Source: Entomortierella parvispora E1425
Lineage: Eukaryota > Fungi > Mortierellomycota
Reading direction: 5' to 3'
Length of the DNA stretch: 64,000 bases
Assembly: GCA_020891255.1 (NCBI GenBank)
Contig: BQFW01000003.1
Location: forward strand, 1,364,001 to 1,428,000
A program made the position numbers and the translations under genes. The notes below the pieces were generated by a model, which saw only the letters and a list, made by a program, of their open reading frames with translations, was not told the origin of the DNA and did no database searches. The first letter of the stretch is position 1. Every line of letters starts with the position of its first letter. Positions 1 through 14,108 of the stretch are shown in pieces.

Positions 1-477
1 TTGTTCTTTTGTTTGTGGAGAAATCAAGAACCAGCGACAAGGCAGGGATGCTCAACAGGGTGAGAGCAGGACACATGTTTAAATCACTGCACGAATGAGA
101 TGAATAGTGCACACTACACAAAACGTCAGTTGTGCGGCTCATAGTACTTTCTACGGGCTAAAGGACACCTAGACGAATACAAAAAAACAAGGGTTACTTT
201 GTTCCTTGCTTCCTGTCGACCGGAACGGGTCGCACACGGGAGCGAAATGAAAAATAAGCCAGATCGACAGTTGTCGCGGTTCGGACGCGTCCCTGCCGCG
301 TGTTTCAGGTCATACAGATGTATGAAAACGATGAGTCCGTGTTTGAGCCCGTTATCGTACATGCCTCGTTCTTTTTCTTTCATTCATGACACTTTTCATT
401 ATTATTTCTTCAAAGAGGAAGGAGACAGGGTCTATCTGGCTATCAGTTATAAGATTGGTGGGGTTTGTGCGTACTAA

Positions 478-3400
478 TTACTGGTTCAGCTCAGCAACAT
501 ACTTCTGGGCCTCAGTAGGGTAAGCGGCAAACAAGGCCTCCTTCAACCACTGGACATACTCCAATCCACTCTCCGGTGCAGGCTCTGGTCTCAGCTCCAA
601 GGCCATGCTCTCTTCTGACCGTCTTTTCAATCCATTCGCAAAGCTCATATCCAACTTCAAGAATGCAGGGACAGCCGTTTGGTTATAGGCAATCGTCGAA
701 GCGTAACCTGCGCCTGCTGGACCACCGACAGTCACTCCGATGCTGGACGTCATGTCCACATCCACAATTGCACCCGTCAGAACACCCAAGTTGGCTGGCA
801 AGAATGTTGAGATCATAAACATTCCAAACTGGAAACCGGTAGGAGCTTGAAGGGTCAAGGAAGGCGAAGGCGACGTGGCGCCCACAGCAATGGAGAATGG
901 GGTGTTGGCCTCAATGGAGCCAAAGAAGTTCCCCTGCCAGAACACGTTAGCCGCGATCGTGTTAAGGGAAAGCGAGGTCTGAAGAGGGTTCAGGACCGAG
1001 ACGGTCAAAGGAATCTGGCGGTTTCCAACCACACTGCCCAGAGAAGGCGCACCGTTACCGCTGACAATCAAACGAGGTGCAGGGATGATACCGGGGACCT
1101 TGACCTTCAAGGCCAAGGCCTCGGCAACGGGCTGCATCGATGTGATGTTTGTCGAATCAGATGCACCGGTAATAACGCAGTCAAATATCGTTCCTGCAAC
1201 AAATTCGGAGAAGAAGGTATTTCGGAAAGCTGCATCTGTAGGATGGAAAAGGACCTGAGTTGTAATAGTGGTCTGACCGGGACCAAACTTGAGGTTGGGA
1301 ACAATGACATCACCCATCAATCCAGACAAACCGCCGGCAGTGCCGCTGATCTTCAAGTTCATGGGACCAGCGTCCACCGAGAAGATTGAAGGGTTGTTGA
1401 TGCCCACATTGGCGTTCAGGGTCACGTACTCGGTCGAGCCTCCAACGACAGTAACATTTGTGATCGTGGGGGAGTTGACTGCGAATCCGATACCGTTCAA
1501 AGCGATTGTGGAGGTGAAGGGAACCTTCAGGCTAACAACACCCATGGGGGTGGTAGCAACAGAGTCAGCACTTCCTTTGATATCGAATCCAGACTTGGTG
1601 TTCTGAACAACATCCACCAAGAAGGCCTGGAAGGCATCATGAGCGTCTGCATTGACGTTCAAAGGCGAAGGAGGAAGGGTAAAGACAATCTTGTTGTTGG
1701 GCATGTCAGACTCGGTCTGGTTCCAGACAGCAGTGGTCAAGTCGGCAAGAGCAGTTCCGTTGTAGATCAGAGTCATGGTTGCATTTGCTAGTTGGGTGAT
1801 GTTGAGCGAGATGTTGAAGGGCAACTTGAACGTGGCCGAAACGACGTTCGAGTTGGCAATGGGGGCCCATGGAGCATCAGGGCTGATGACAAGGCCCATA
1901 TCCTGGATATCCATGCCCTGAATGACGTTCAAAGGAGTGGGAGAGATCAAGGGAACAGTCATGGTCATGGCCTGGACAGCCGAGGTCAACCAAGAGACAC
2001 TAGTCACTCCATCAGGGAAGACAGAGACACCCTGGGCCGTGGTCTTGGTAACAATTCCTCCCAAGTAGTTGGACATGAGCAAAGACAACTCCTGGAGATG
2101 AACGGGGTCGGTCTGGCGCAATAGAGTTCCCTCCAAGTTGAGGATCATGTCCTGTCCTCCAACAAGGACTACACTCTTGGCAACAACACGACCGAGGTAA
2201 GCAGTCTCAAAATTCATGTCCAAAGTGATAGTGCCAAGGGTCATTCCAATAGGTGAAGGGTTGGCGATCGAGGCAGAGATGGAAACCAAGGCACCGTTAC
2301 CATCAGGAGCGTCTGCAGGGAGATTGAACGAGAGAATCTTCAAGTTGGAAAAGTTGCTGAGGCCTAGACCGATGCAGGAATGAATGATTCAGTTACACAG
2401 ATAAGAAAGAAAGCAACGTACTCATGCACAAGCAATCACACCAATATACAGTAAAGTTTCATCATCCTTTCTGATTGCTAAACGCTGCTTACCATTCATA
2501 TTCAAGACCTTGTTGACATTGAGGTTCTTAATGGTCTGACCCAGAGCCTTGAGCGTGGCAGTACTGGTCAGGGTCCAGGCAAACGTATCAGCAGAGAGCT
2601 ACAGGGAAAAAAATGAAAAGCATAGAGAACGCGGTGAGCCACTGGTTGCCATTGGACATCTGCTGGACCCAGTTGCACTCGTAATCTCATAGAGCAAGCA
2701 TGGACCACCTCTCCGCTCACTCCCAAGTCCGATGGGGTGGGGGAGAACTTGCTCATCTTTACTCCTCCACACTTCTCCACAGACACACAGACACCTTGGA
2801 GCTAGTTACTGCTAGTTGTCTACTTTAAAACCCACAAACCCCATGGTCCCACTGTAAAAATGTCCATAAAGTGAACGGTTTTATCTCTCCGCATGCACGA
2901 TCCACTCTTGCCCGTTGCGCCATTCGGTAGTAGGTTCTCTGTTGCAGTTTCGCTTGTTCTCTTTTCTGACCAGTCACCGTCTTTGTATACCGGATACAGT
3001 AAACTTGAGAGCCATTTCTCCCCGTCTCCAAAGTCACTTTATGAGCCACGGCAGTTTCCTTCTATTTGCCTCTCTTTACAATATTGAATGAACTGTGCTC
3101 CAAAATGAGGATTTCCTGGGTATGCAGGATGGAAGGATGTGAAGAGGGTCTCCAGCCCTCTCTTTCACACTATATTCTTCACTTGCAGTGGCATGGGTGT
3201 AGAGGATGCATCAAAGAAGAGAAGAAAAGACAGAGTCGAGAACAACGAGAAGAGTTTTCTCAGAGCTATCGAAACACACTTGAGAGCCATGAACACTATT
3301 CCGAGCACATGCCTCCACATATCGACTCTCCTCTCCCACTCCGCCTCTCCACCCTCGTCACCAAGGGAACCACTCACGCCACTTGTTCTGTGACGAAGGA

Positions 3401-4139
3401 GCAATCGAAAAAAACGGCCGCGACTACCGAGGGTAGTGCCGCAAGAAGACAATTAAAGAGGAAGAATTTCAAAGAGAGAAGGGGATGGGAGGGAGAAGAG
3501 ATAACTGGAAGAAACCCGAGGGAAGGAATGTTGGGGACTTACCATTGTCTTTGCAAAGGCCGCAAAGGCCTCCTTGTCCTGAATCGTGAACCCGGTCGAT
3601 TGTAAGATGTCGCCCTTGCCTCCCTTGACATGAACGGGGTCCAAGCTCATCGATCCGATCGTCTGGTCCTCCCAGTGGACCATGATCGTATCCGTGAAGA
3701 TCATCTCTGCTGAGAAGATCTTTGGGATGCCCTTGACCTGGGCCGCGACAGAGACCGTCACAGCGGACTCGCCAGGGTTGGTCATGTTCAGTTGAACGAT
3801 CTCCATTTGAGCGGTATTCAACAGAGACTGGGCCACCTTTGGAATGATAACCAGGATCAACAAGGGGATAAAGATGGCCAAAAAGATCACCGTGCCAATC
3901 GCGCAGGTCACCAAGACCCGCTTACGACGGTAGAAAGGTGGTTGGAGGGGTTTGTGGGCAGAGTCGTATTCGTATTCACGAAAGGATTCGTGTTCGTCCG
4001 CATAGTCGGCGGCGCCTGTGCCCTCCTTCTTCTTCTGGAAAGGCTCTTCATCGCCGGCGACGCTGCTGTACTCTGTCTCGGCCTCGGGATAGGGGAGCTC
4101 GGTATCCTTTTCGTTGACTGAAGATTTAGAAAAAGTCAT
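478..4139 (-). CDS. Single-pass membrane protein with repeated beta-rich luminal modules (DUF3712-like); 3 coding exons approx. 4139-3540, 2603-2492, 2365-478
   Basis: ORF 3453-4139 gives a cytosolic N-terminus, basic RRKR and a hydrophobic helix (VLVTCAIGTVIFLAIFIPLLILVII). It joins via GT-AG introns (first about 0.94 kb) to LSADTFAWTLTSTATLKALGQ and to the 621-aa ORF with recurring 'INNPS..SV..G.' strand motifs. Family assigned from pattern recognition, not a search. Confidence 0.7.
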
Positions 4140-5696
4140 GGTGATGGATCATTAACAGTGAAAGAGTGAAACGAAAGGGGAGGGGTATATGAGATGTCGC
4201 CTGGAAGACCACGCGAGCAGGAAGGGGGTACGGGAGAGGGAGGAGTGGGATTCGATGGATGGGGAACCTCTGGAGGACGGGGGCGAGGAACGGGGGAAGA
4301 GGATGAGGGAGGAGGACGGGAGGTGGATCACTCTGAAGGAACAGCGAGGTTGGTCGAGGGGAGAGAAAACGGAAGAGAAACAGAAAAGAGAAAAGTAAAA
4401 AGACGGGCTGACAGTAATAAGATTGGGCGCCAACGAACATGACCATGGCTATGATGATGCAGGCCGTCGTGCTGTTCTGTAGACGGGGGCCATATCCTCC
4501 CTCCGCCCACTAAAGACGTAGCTGCAAGATCCCGGTTGGGCGAGGGGGCGGTTGTGCAGCAAAGTCCGTTGATGAGAAGGTTGGGTTCACTGGGTTTGGG
4601 TCGCACAACTATTTTTTTTATGTCTTTTCGTCTTGCTCAGCAGCATTCTCTTTGTTCTGTTGAGTTGTTGACAATACGATGCAGTTATCGAGAGCTCACA
4701 GTCAGCCCACAAAAGAAGGAAGCTGCAGGTCTGCACAAGCAACACAGTCGTTAGATGAGCGGGCGAGGGACCAGCGCGTGCAAGTCATTCTCGCCCAAGG
4801 ACCCTGCGTTGCACTGGTGGGACACGCGCAAGAGTGGGCAATAACAAACCTTGGAGCACGCTGTTCTCGATTGAAACGATGCCCAAATATTGTATGATCA
4901 AATTGTCGGCAACATCAACAACAGAGTCGTCCGGGGAAAGAGCAGATAGAATAAGCGGTATTTCAGCAGTGGGGGATACATACATACATGGAGAAAACGT
5001 TGTTTGTTCAAGTACATGTACTCCTCTCCCTCGTGTCTCCTCCCCTGTGCTGAGTTTCATCTCACCTGCACGCCCAATTTCCGTTATCATATTCCAAGAG
5101 TGTTTCTCATGCATCGTCTTGGGGGTACGTTGTGGAAGAGACGCGATGATTTTGCTGCTGTTCCTCCTCACAGTGAGACGAGCTGTGGACTCTCCACCTT
5201 CTCCACACGTCTGCGCTCTTCCCCCTCCGCTCGCTCTCAGTCATCCAGTGACCTTCGGACAGCTCCAAACTCAATTTCCGTCTCTATCCAAGGAAGGCCA
5301 ATTGAGAGCAACCTAAATTTCTCTCGATTGCTTTCCTCCACCCGACAAACTGCAAACTTGCAACAACATCAATCCTCCGTCGGGCTTCCCTACTTTTGAC
5401 GGTTGGTGGCGCTTCGCAGTTCTAACGCAGATTCATAGCATTGCCTTGAGTCTTATTCCAAGCTGTTCACCCTTGAACACCCCTCATGCTATTACCTTTC
5501 AATTCAAAAATTGATATTATTTATTTTTTTTTGGTCAAAAAGAAGAAAATGAGGACGACAACTCCACTTCATCGCCTCGCGTCTATTATGGGGGGATATC
5601 TTGTCTTTTCTTTTTTTGGGTTATGAGGGTGGAACATGAACAGGGTGGAGTGGGAATGAGGTTTTGTTGTTTTGTGCTGCTTTTCTCATTCTCTTT

Positions 5697-7293
5697 TTAC
5701 AAGAGAAGCTTGCCAAGAGCGACCTGGGAAGTGATCTGACCCTTGGACCAGACCTTTTGACCACGGACAAAGGTCTCCTTGACAACACCGTGCAAGGTGC
5801 GGCCCATGTAGGGCGTGACCTTGTTCTTGAACTCGATGATCTCCTTGGTGATCACGAAAGTTTCCTCAGGGTTCCAGATCACAAAGTCAGCATCCGCACC
5901 AGCCACGATCGAGCCCTTCACGCCTCCCAAGCCGACCTGGCGAGCAGTGTTGAAACTCTGCCACTTCGTCAAGTCCTGGATCGTGCATCCGCGACGACGG
6001 GCCTCAGTCCAGACAACGGGGATTCCGAATTGAAGACCTCCAATGCCACCCCAAGCGCCAACAAAGTCACCAGCGTCCATCAACTTGAGCTCCACAACGC
6101 AAGGGGAGTGGTCAGAGACAACATAGTCGATGGTACCCTCCTTCAAGGCCTCCCAAAGCTTCTCTCTGTTCTCATCCTCACGGATGGGAGGGCAGCACTT
6201 GTACTCGGTCGCTCCCTCGGGAACCTTCTCAGAGTTCAAGGAGAGGTAGTGGGGGCAGGTCTCGACTGTCAAGCGAACACCCTCAGCCTTGGCCTCGCGG
6301 ATCATGGGCAAAGCATCAGCAGCAGACAAGTGGACAATGTGGCAGCGGACCTTGGGGTACTGCTTGGCCAATTTGATGATGGTCCTGATTGCGTTGGTCT
6401 CCAAGACTTGGGGGCGCTGGTGCAAGAAGGTGTTGTAAGCCTTGGGGTCCATGCCCTCGGGCTTGGGCACATCGCCGCAATCCATTTCGGCGTGGAACAT
6501 GAAGACGGAATCAGTCTCCTGGAACTTCTCCATAGCGGCCTTGATCTCCTCCTCGTTCACGCAAGGGAACTCGTCCACACCAGACTCAATCATGAAGCAT
6601 TTAAAGCCCTTGACACCGGCACTGACCAAAGGAACAAGATCATTGACGTTGGTGGGGATCACGCCTCCATAGAATCCAACATCGACAAAGGTCTGGCCCT
6701 TGGCAGCATCGGTCTTGACACGCAAGTTCTCAACAGTGGTGGTCGGGGGGATCGAGTTCAAGGGCATGTCAATCAAAGTGGTCACACCGCCTAAAAGTTG
6801 GTCATGAAGAACGAATGCACGATTTAGCGCCCTGTCTCTGCTTCTTTTCCTACCCTGTGTGCCCGCCTTTGTTGTTCAATGTGCCATCCGGATTAAATCT
6901 CCGTGGCGTCCAACTCACCAGCAGCAGCAGCCTTGGTGGCGGTGGCGAATCCCTCCCAGTGAGTTCTACCGGGCTCGTTGATGTGGACCTAAAGAGAGAT
7001 CAAGGGAAGCAGACGCATAAGTAAGAGAGATCAGGGGCATATCCGAGGTTTGATTTTGATTTGACTGCACGTACGTGAGCATCGACAACTCCGGGCATGA
7101 CGACGTTGTCACCAGCCTCGATAAAATCGGCAGCCTGGACCTCGGCAAAGTCGCTGTGGCTCCTGACAACATCAAGGACCTCGACGATCTTTCCGGTGGC
7201 CTTGTCGACAACGATCGTGCCGGGGGCAGCAGGGGCGGCGGGCGAGCGCAAGACCTTGTTGGAGGTGATGACAAGACGGGAAGGGATGGACAT
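5697..7293 (-). CDS. DAL1: Allantoinase (amidohydrolase superfamily); exons approx. 7293-7075, 6987-6917, 6792-5697
   Basis: Spliced motif PGVVDAH|[24 protein letters not shown]|[17 protein letters not shown], plus HIVHLS, ETCPHYL, KCCPPIR, VVSDHSP and WGGIGGLQ. Confidence 0.95.
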
Positions 7294-7802
7294 TGGGCAG
7301 AGATGTGTGGTTGGTTAATGAGAGGAGAGGAGAGTGAATGTAGAGAAGAAAAAAGGAGAAGAAAAGAGAAGAGAAAAGAGAGAATGAGAACAAAGTGCGT
7401 GTGAATGAGTTTCTCTTTTCCCCCTTCGTGTTCTACATTCTTTCGCCCGTCCTTCCCACACTTCCAGTTTGTTGTCCTTCACCCACAGACAGCGACGGAC
7501 GACGATCCCTCCTCCCTCACGATGTCGCCCGCACGCGTCCGCAACTGGGGAGCTGTGATTCGCGGAGAGTGCACCATGACAGGCGGGCAAAGTAGGGATG
7601 GCAAACAGAGTTCTCCGTGGGTGCACAGCTTCAACTCCGGAGGCGGGGCGGAGGTTCATAGCGGAGAACTCTCCCTCTCTCTTTTTCTTTCTTTCTGTGG
7701 TGCTTTATTGCTTGCCATCTTTGTTGTCTATGCCATGCGTCCTTCTTTCTCCTCCCTTTTGTTCTTCATTTCTTCATCTCACTCACTCCAGGGGAATGCT
7801 CA

Positions 7803-10800
7803 TCAACGGACAAAAAGCTGATGCATCGCTTCAAACTCGGCGCTGCTTCTCAGGTACACGGCAAGATCTTTCCTTGCTGTCGCTGCCTGGTGTTGCTGGC
7901 TATCGGGTGATCCCACCAATCCAGACATGCCTCCAGGGAAACGGACACGGGCAATGGGTGTTTCCAGCAAGGACAACTAAAAAAAATCATAAGAAAATCC
8001 ACTTAGTAATATGTACTCTCTCGCCACATCTTTTTCTTTCAAAAGAAAAAAGTAGATTTACCTTCTTCAGCTTGGGTGCAGATTGAACAGGGGTCGAGTT
8101 GCGGGTCACCTTGGCCAGGCGATCCTTGAGCTCGTTGCTTCGCTGCTGGATCGTGTTCAGAGCCGCCTGCTGGGTATGGTAGTGCCACTCGGGCTTGCTC
8201 TGTCTCGCCTGCCAGTGTCGACGAGGTGTCGTCGTCGAGGTGGATTCTTCTGTCATTGCAGCACGTGCCGCCGCCAATCCACTCGCAGAGTGCTTTGTCA
8301 GATCCACCACCTTGGGAGAAGCGCAAATCACCCTTGCATCCTTCATCAACCTCCTCGTCTCCAGCGCCACAGCCTTCAACTCTGAATCAGCCGCTGGCGA
8401 CCGCTTCTGAGAGTCTGCATGCGATGACTCCAAAGTCGTTGCCGATCCCTCCTTCTTTTCTTCCTCCTCGTCTCCTTCAAGGTTTCTTCTCGCCAGGGGG
8501 CCTCCTCTCAACTCGGAAATGTCAGCCGAGACTCCAAGGTCCTGCATAGCCGCCCTTGTCCTCAACAAGCTGTTCTCAGAACGCAAATAGCGCAAGGCAG
8601 ACCTGAGAGATTCGATCTGAACCAGCAGCTCCCGAGGCAACACCAGGTCGGCTCCGTCCTGTCCAGCACTGGCGTCCTCCTGAGTATGCCCTGCTCCAGT
8701 ATGATGGTGACCAGGGTGGGAGATCCGCTTTGGCACTGGAATGATACCAGGGCGATCAGGCTTCTTGGGATGACGTCTCAATTGGGCGTTCTCGGCTTCC
8801 AACTTGGCCATGTCGGCCTGAAGCGAGCTAATGAGTTCGTCGTATTCACGTTCCTGCTTCTTAGCCTTCTCTACATCAATATCTAAAATCGAGATTTGCT
8901 CCGTCTTCTTCTTGAAATTCTCGACACGCTTTTCAAGATGGTCAATCCTGAGTCCAGACTCCTTAAGTGCTTCATCCTACAGGCATAGCGATCAAAAGAC
9001 GAGGTTAGTATTAAACAGTTTTGAAGTTGAGACTTTCTGTTGAAATAATAGCTAGAAGACGGCTTTACCTTCAATTTAGCTTCCTTCACGAGTTTCAGGA
9101 CCTGATCCTGTAGCGACTGGGCCTTTTGCTCCGCGTCAGTGTTGACAATGACTTCTGCCTTCATCTCCTTGGCTCGCTTGATCCAGACCTTGTCAGGCTT
9201 GGTCACTACAGAAAAACATCACCCAAAAACAATATAGGCCGTTAGAAATCAACAGTAGGTATTGAAATTCGTTATGACCCAAAGGATCAATCCAGAGGTT
9301 GGAAAAATCCAGACTCCAGCTTACCCTTGACAGCAATATCAGATTCCATGATGCTCTCGGCTAATGCAGTAATGTCCTGCAACAATCCATTCAGCATCTT
9401 GCGACAGCCGTCCCACATGCCACTTTCGCTAATGCCAAGGTATTGATCCGTGACACTGTAGATGGTTTGATGAAGCGACTCGGTCTTGGAACCCTCCCGT
9501 CGGGCACGAACATAAAGGGACAAATGCTTCGTGATCTCATGTGTGAACTCGCCCAACTTGGTGCTCAGCACACAGGCGTTCCTGTACTGAGAGAAGAGCT
9601 CTGGCTTGACAACAGATGCCTGAGAAGCAAGTTCGTCCATCCTTCTCAAAATTTTTCTAGATTTACATATAATATGGCCCGTTAAAAAGCAATTTTCAAA
9701 AAAGACAGCGGATCAAACTTGCTATTATTACATGCAATAAACATCAAATCTTTACCTTGTAGTAGATTTTCCGGTCTTTGCCTGAACACCAAGGTTCTTG
9801 ACGGCTTGGATGAGTTGGAACTGAATTTCGTCCGTATCCGTCAAGCGCACACCATCCTCACTCGACTTGAACATGGTCACCACGGCTGACAGGTTGACAG
9901 ACACGCGGTCAAAGTTCAATTCCAGAGCATGAACCGCTCCTTGGTATCGGTCCACAAGGTCCAGCTTGGTGTTGATCAAATAAGTCTCTGTGAGGTGATC
10001 CATTTGTGCGATGGCTCGCTGCAAGTCCACGATACAGTCTGATTCCTTGAGCTCCTCCTTTCTCAAAAGCCCAACCCAAGTATCCAAACGACGTTCCGTT
10101 CCCAAGAGATCGTGGTAGACCTGACCCATCTTGGCAAAGACGTCAACGGGACAACCCTCGATATAGGAAACGAATCGCTTCGCCAAGTCGCCGAACCAAG
10201 TCAATTTCTGTCGAACCTCGCAAATTGGGACCAGTTCCAAAGGAACAACGCCCTGGGACATCTTTTCGGAAAGGCTGTGCTGCTGCTCCAGATGCTTGTT
10301 CATCAGCTCTGCCTTGAACGACAACCGCTTGAACAAGAGCAAACACTGGATCGAATCGTTCTCCGTCCTGAAGAAACCGTCGGGGAGGAAAGGTTGGACC
10401 AACATCAAGTTGTCAGTGGCCTGGCTGGCATCCAACTTACGAAGCTCCAAATCGATCGCTTTGGCTTGAGCTTTCATGGCCGTCTTCTCGAGCTGCATGA
10501 GGAGACTCAACATTTCCTGCGAATGACCTCCAGTGCCTCCTGTAACTTCCCGCTGACGCAATTGCTCCAGCTCGCCTTGCAGATGAGCAACCAGCTCACG
10601 GAACTTCAAAATCGTGTTTTCGTAATCACCAATGTTCTCTTCCAGAGTCTCAATCTTACGGAGCTGATCTCGGAGCTGACTGTCCTTGATGGTGATCTCA
10701 GCCTGGAGTTGCTTCTCTGTCTCGCTGTGGTTCTCCTCCAGCTCGTCGTTGAGCTCCTTGAGAGCCTCTAGATCATCAATGGCGCTCTGCATTTCTTCAA

Positions 10801-12764
10801 TCTTCTCGCTCAAATTGATGTTCTTTTCCGAGAGCTGCTCGATCGTGTCCTCTGCATCGACGGCATCGTCCAATCGCTGCTTCAGATCCTCGATCTGACC
10901 CTCGGCGATATCCAAGCACTCCTTAAGTCGTTCATTTTGCGCTTGGACTTCCTGCATTAAGGACGCTTCCTTCTCCAAGTTTTTAAGCTTGCTGTTCATC
11001 TCTGCCTTTTCCTCGTTAGTGATCTCCCGGAGTCTGTCATCATAAAACAAATCGCATTGTTAGTCCAAGTTTTTATGGAATAATTCGAGCACACATTTGG
11101 GATAGATGAATTGACTTACTTGAAAAGAGCCTCTCTAAGACGTTCGATTTGTCGCTCCAGCTGGACTTGACTGACTGATGGATTTCCTGCGTTGCCTGCA
11201 CAAAAAATAACAGCACCGATAAAAAAAATGTTGGTCAGCACCCCTTGCACATCTGCACATCTTGTCGCTTTGTGCTACATTCACACACACACGCGTCCTT
11301 GCGCATGCACAGCATGTGATATTTTGTCAACAAAATCATTTTTCGGCCGGGAAAGAAAAACACCTTACCATCGTCGTGCTGCAACACATCCAAGTCAACA
11401 TGCATCTCATCCACCTTTTCTTTCAACATGTTGACCTCATGCTGCAGGTTCTCGGCCTTTTCCTCGGCCATCTCCTTGTCCAGGACGGCAACCTCCATCG
11501 AGTCGGCCAAATCATTGTACTTGGACTCGAACAGATCTCTCTCGGCCACGGCCTCCTTTGCGCTACGTTTGGCTTCTCGCACTTCCTGCTGGAATTCAGC
11601 CAACTTGGCTAGAGGCACAAAAATAAAAAGGATAAAAAATAAGCCAGTGATTCTCCCAGTTTCACCGCCGAATGAACGATATCAATATTGCTCGGATTTT
11701 TCCATTGTACCTTGCAGCTTTGTTCGATGGCTCAAGAACTGCTCTGATTCCTCCTTGACCTTTTCCGCCTCCCGAAGCTTCTCTCTGTCCTCGGCACGCT
11801 TAGTCTCGAGGATGCGCAGCTTGATCCGGAGTTCATCATACTCTTTCACTGGCACCATAGCCTCCATTCGATGAGCAGGGCCCATGTTGGCAGAAAGACC
11901 AGCGCTAGAAGATGACGCAGAGAGGGGCGCAAATCCTTGCTGCTGCTCTCGTTGCAATTGATCCTGAGCAAGCGCCTCCTCTTCTTGTTCAAGCTCCAGT
12001 TGCAGTTGTCGCTCCTGTGCCAACATCTCCTCGTTCTCCTCAGGAGTCAATGAAACGTCTCGTTGGTGTTGCTGTTGCTGATGATGCTGCTGTTGGTGCT
12101 GCTGGATGCCAGACGATGAAGTTGGGGTACTGGATCCTGATCGCTCGTTAGCAACATGATGATCTTCGTCACGCTGTGCCTGGGGTGCAACTCTGGTCCG
12201 TCTCGCTGGTGACTCTGGTGCATGGTCGACTGTCCTCCTCACAGGGGGTCGAGACAACCTCGATGCAGCAGAAGAAGGGGAAGAGGCTGTACCTGGAGCG
12301 GTCGCTCTGGTAGAGGATGGTCGACCTGCTGGCAAACTTTGGCGGCTGGCGAGAGAGGTGGAGGAGCGACTGGCTATACCAGAGGCAGGTCGGGTGATGC
12401 GCCTTGTAGACTCAGCCTGATATATATAAAAAAAAGAGAATTGTAAGAAAGTCATTCATGCATGCATCTTTGTACTTATGCCTCTATCCACTCACACAGT
12501 CCATACCTGAGTAGTGCCGTCTTGCACAATGCGGACTTGCGAGGGGCGAACAAAAACGCCATGGTCGGGCTTGCAGTCAAAGTAGCGCCTGTCGTTGACC
12601 ACGCCCGAGTTCTTTCCTCTCGGCAAGTCTAGTTCAATACCGACCCAGCGGCCAGAAGCAAAGGAGGTGGTGCCTGCATGACGAACATAGCCAAGATTGC
12701 CGCCAACCTCAACCCTAGTGCCGAGGTCAATGTCAATGGGGAGTGTTCCTGAGGAGTCCGCCAT
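7803..12764 (-). CDS. DCTN1: Dynactin subunit 1 (p150Glued/Nip100), multi-exon
   Basis: N-terminal CAP-Gly (GRWVGIELDLPRGKNSGVVNDRRYFDC..HGVFVR), basic Ser/Arg linker, long coiled coils (LEALKELNDELEENH) and the dynactin domain (LLLFKRLSFKAEL). Last exon ends ...MHQLFVR* at about 7803. Confidence 0.95.
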
Positions 12765-14108
12765 GAGGGGAGGGACAAACAGACGCGTTAATGTAGCGTG
12801 TAAGGTGTGGGTATGATGATTGAATGAATGGGAGAGTAAGGAGAATGAATGAATGAAGCGTCAGATGGGTGAAGAGGATGGAGGGAAGAGAAAAAGAAGA
12901 GATGAATGATGAATGTTGACTACACACAACAGATGAGTGAGCCCTGCTCTTCTTCATGCCAGCCATGCTCTCTCCATCGCAATGTCAGCTCGTGACTTGA
13001 TTCCACGCCTCTTCGCTCCCACGCGGCACGCGTGCGTGCCTGAAAACTGGACTTTTCTCGTCGTTTTTGTCTCATTCTCGCAAGTGATGCTCTTTTGGTG
13101 GACATCCTCAGATTGTTCTCTGTTGACATTGTTCCTGCTAATGCGGCCAAGCACAGGTGCTCTTATGGTTTCTGTTATGTTGGCCGCACCAGGAGCTCTC
13201 GCACTCCAATTTTTTATTGTGTATCAGCTTCCAACATGAGGGCCGGTGGCAGTATTTAGTGCAGCAATATGTTCCTGATGACTGTCGTCAAGATGAATAT
13301 AGAAAACCCACTGGAGAGAGAGAAAGAGTTATTATCGACTCCCGAGGAGCTTGCTGGAGATGGACAACACCTGTCACAGAAGAGGAGCCATCGCGAATCT
13401 TCGTTTTTAAGAGATGAAGGGTCCTGGCAGGTAACTGCTTGTTGTTTGGAGTAGGTTCAAAAAACTCGATGCGTCTTACATGGTTGCCCATCGGGAATGA
13501 TCATAATCATCGGCTACTCTTCAGCTGGCTTTCAAGTTCTGAAGAGACTGTAGTTACACGATCAGAGCAAATAAAGGCCCATGATTCATGCTCTTTGTCG
13601 ACGCCACATGTTCGCCACTGGCACGTTCGAAAGGTTTCAAGGATCTCCAACAAGCTGGGAGATAGGTTCTGTAATTGTGGAATTGGCAGTAGCAGCAGTT
13701 ACTCTACAAAAAAAATGGAACAAATATTAATAAACAGCAATAAAGAGAGACAGACAAGATGCATCAACGGGCAGCGCGGGTCATTGAGCTCCATCCCAAC
13801 CGGTCAATAAGATGCTATGATTGCTACTTTACAATAACGAGTACTGGGCCAATGATTCATTGGTGGTCAGTTAGGAATGGATGGAGACGATAACACTCTA
13901 CACTCTGATAGCATCAGCCGCTTGGGATCGCTCCAGTTGACGGGCTTCTGGAGATGACAGAAGATCCGGTACTTGTTGACTTTCGCTAACTGACTGATAC
14001 TGTCCAGAAGCCTTACGAGACTGAATCGGAACTCTTGCCATTACATCTATGAAAGGCTGGATTCCTGACTTCCATGGCGTCGAGATAGAGTCCTCTTGAC
14101 CACTTGGC

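Noticed and set aside
5664-6794. 376-aa ORF antisense to allantoinase
   Set aside because: Same codon-bias shadow effect; the product has no recognisable features
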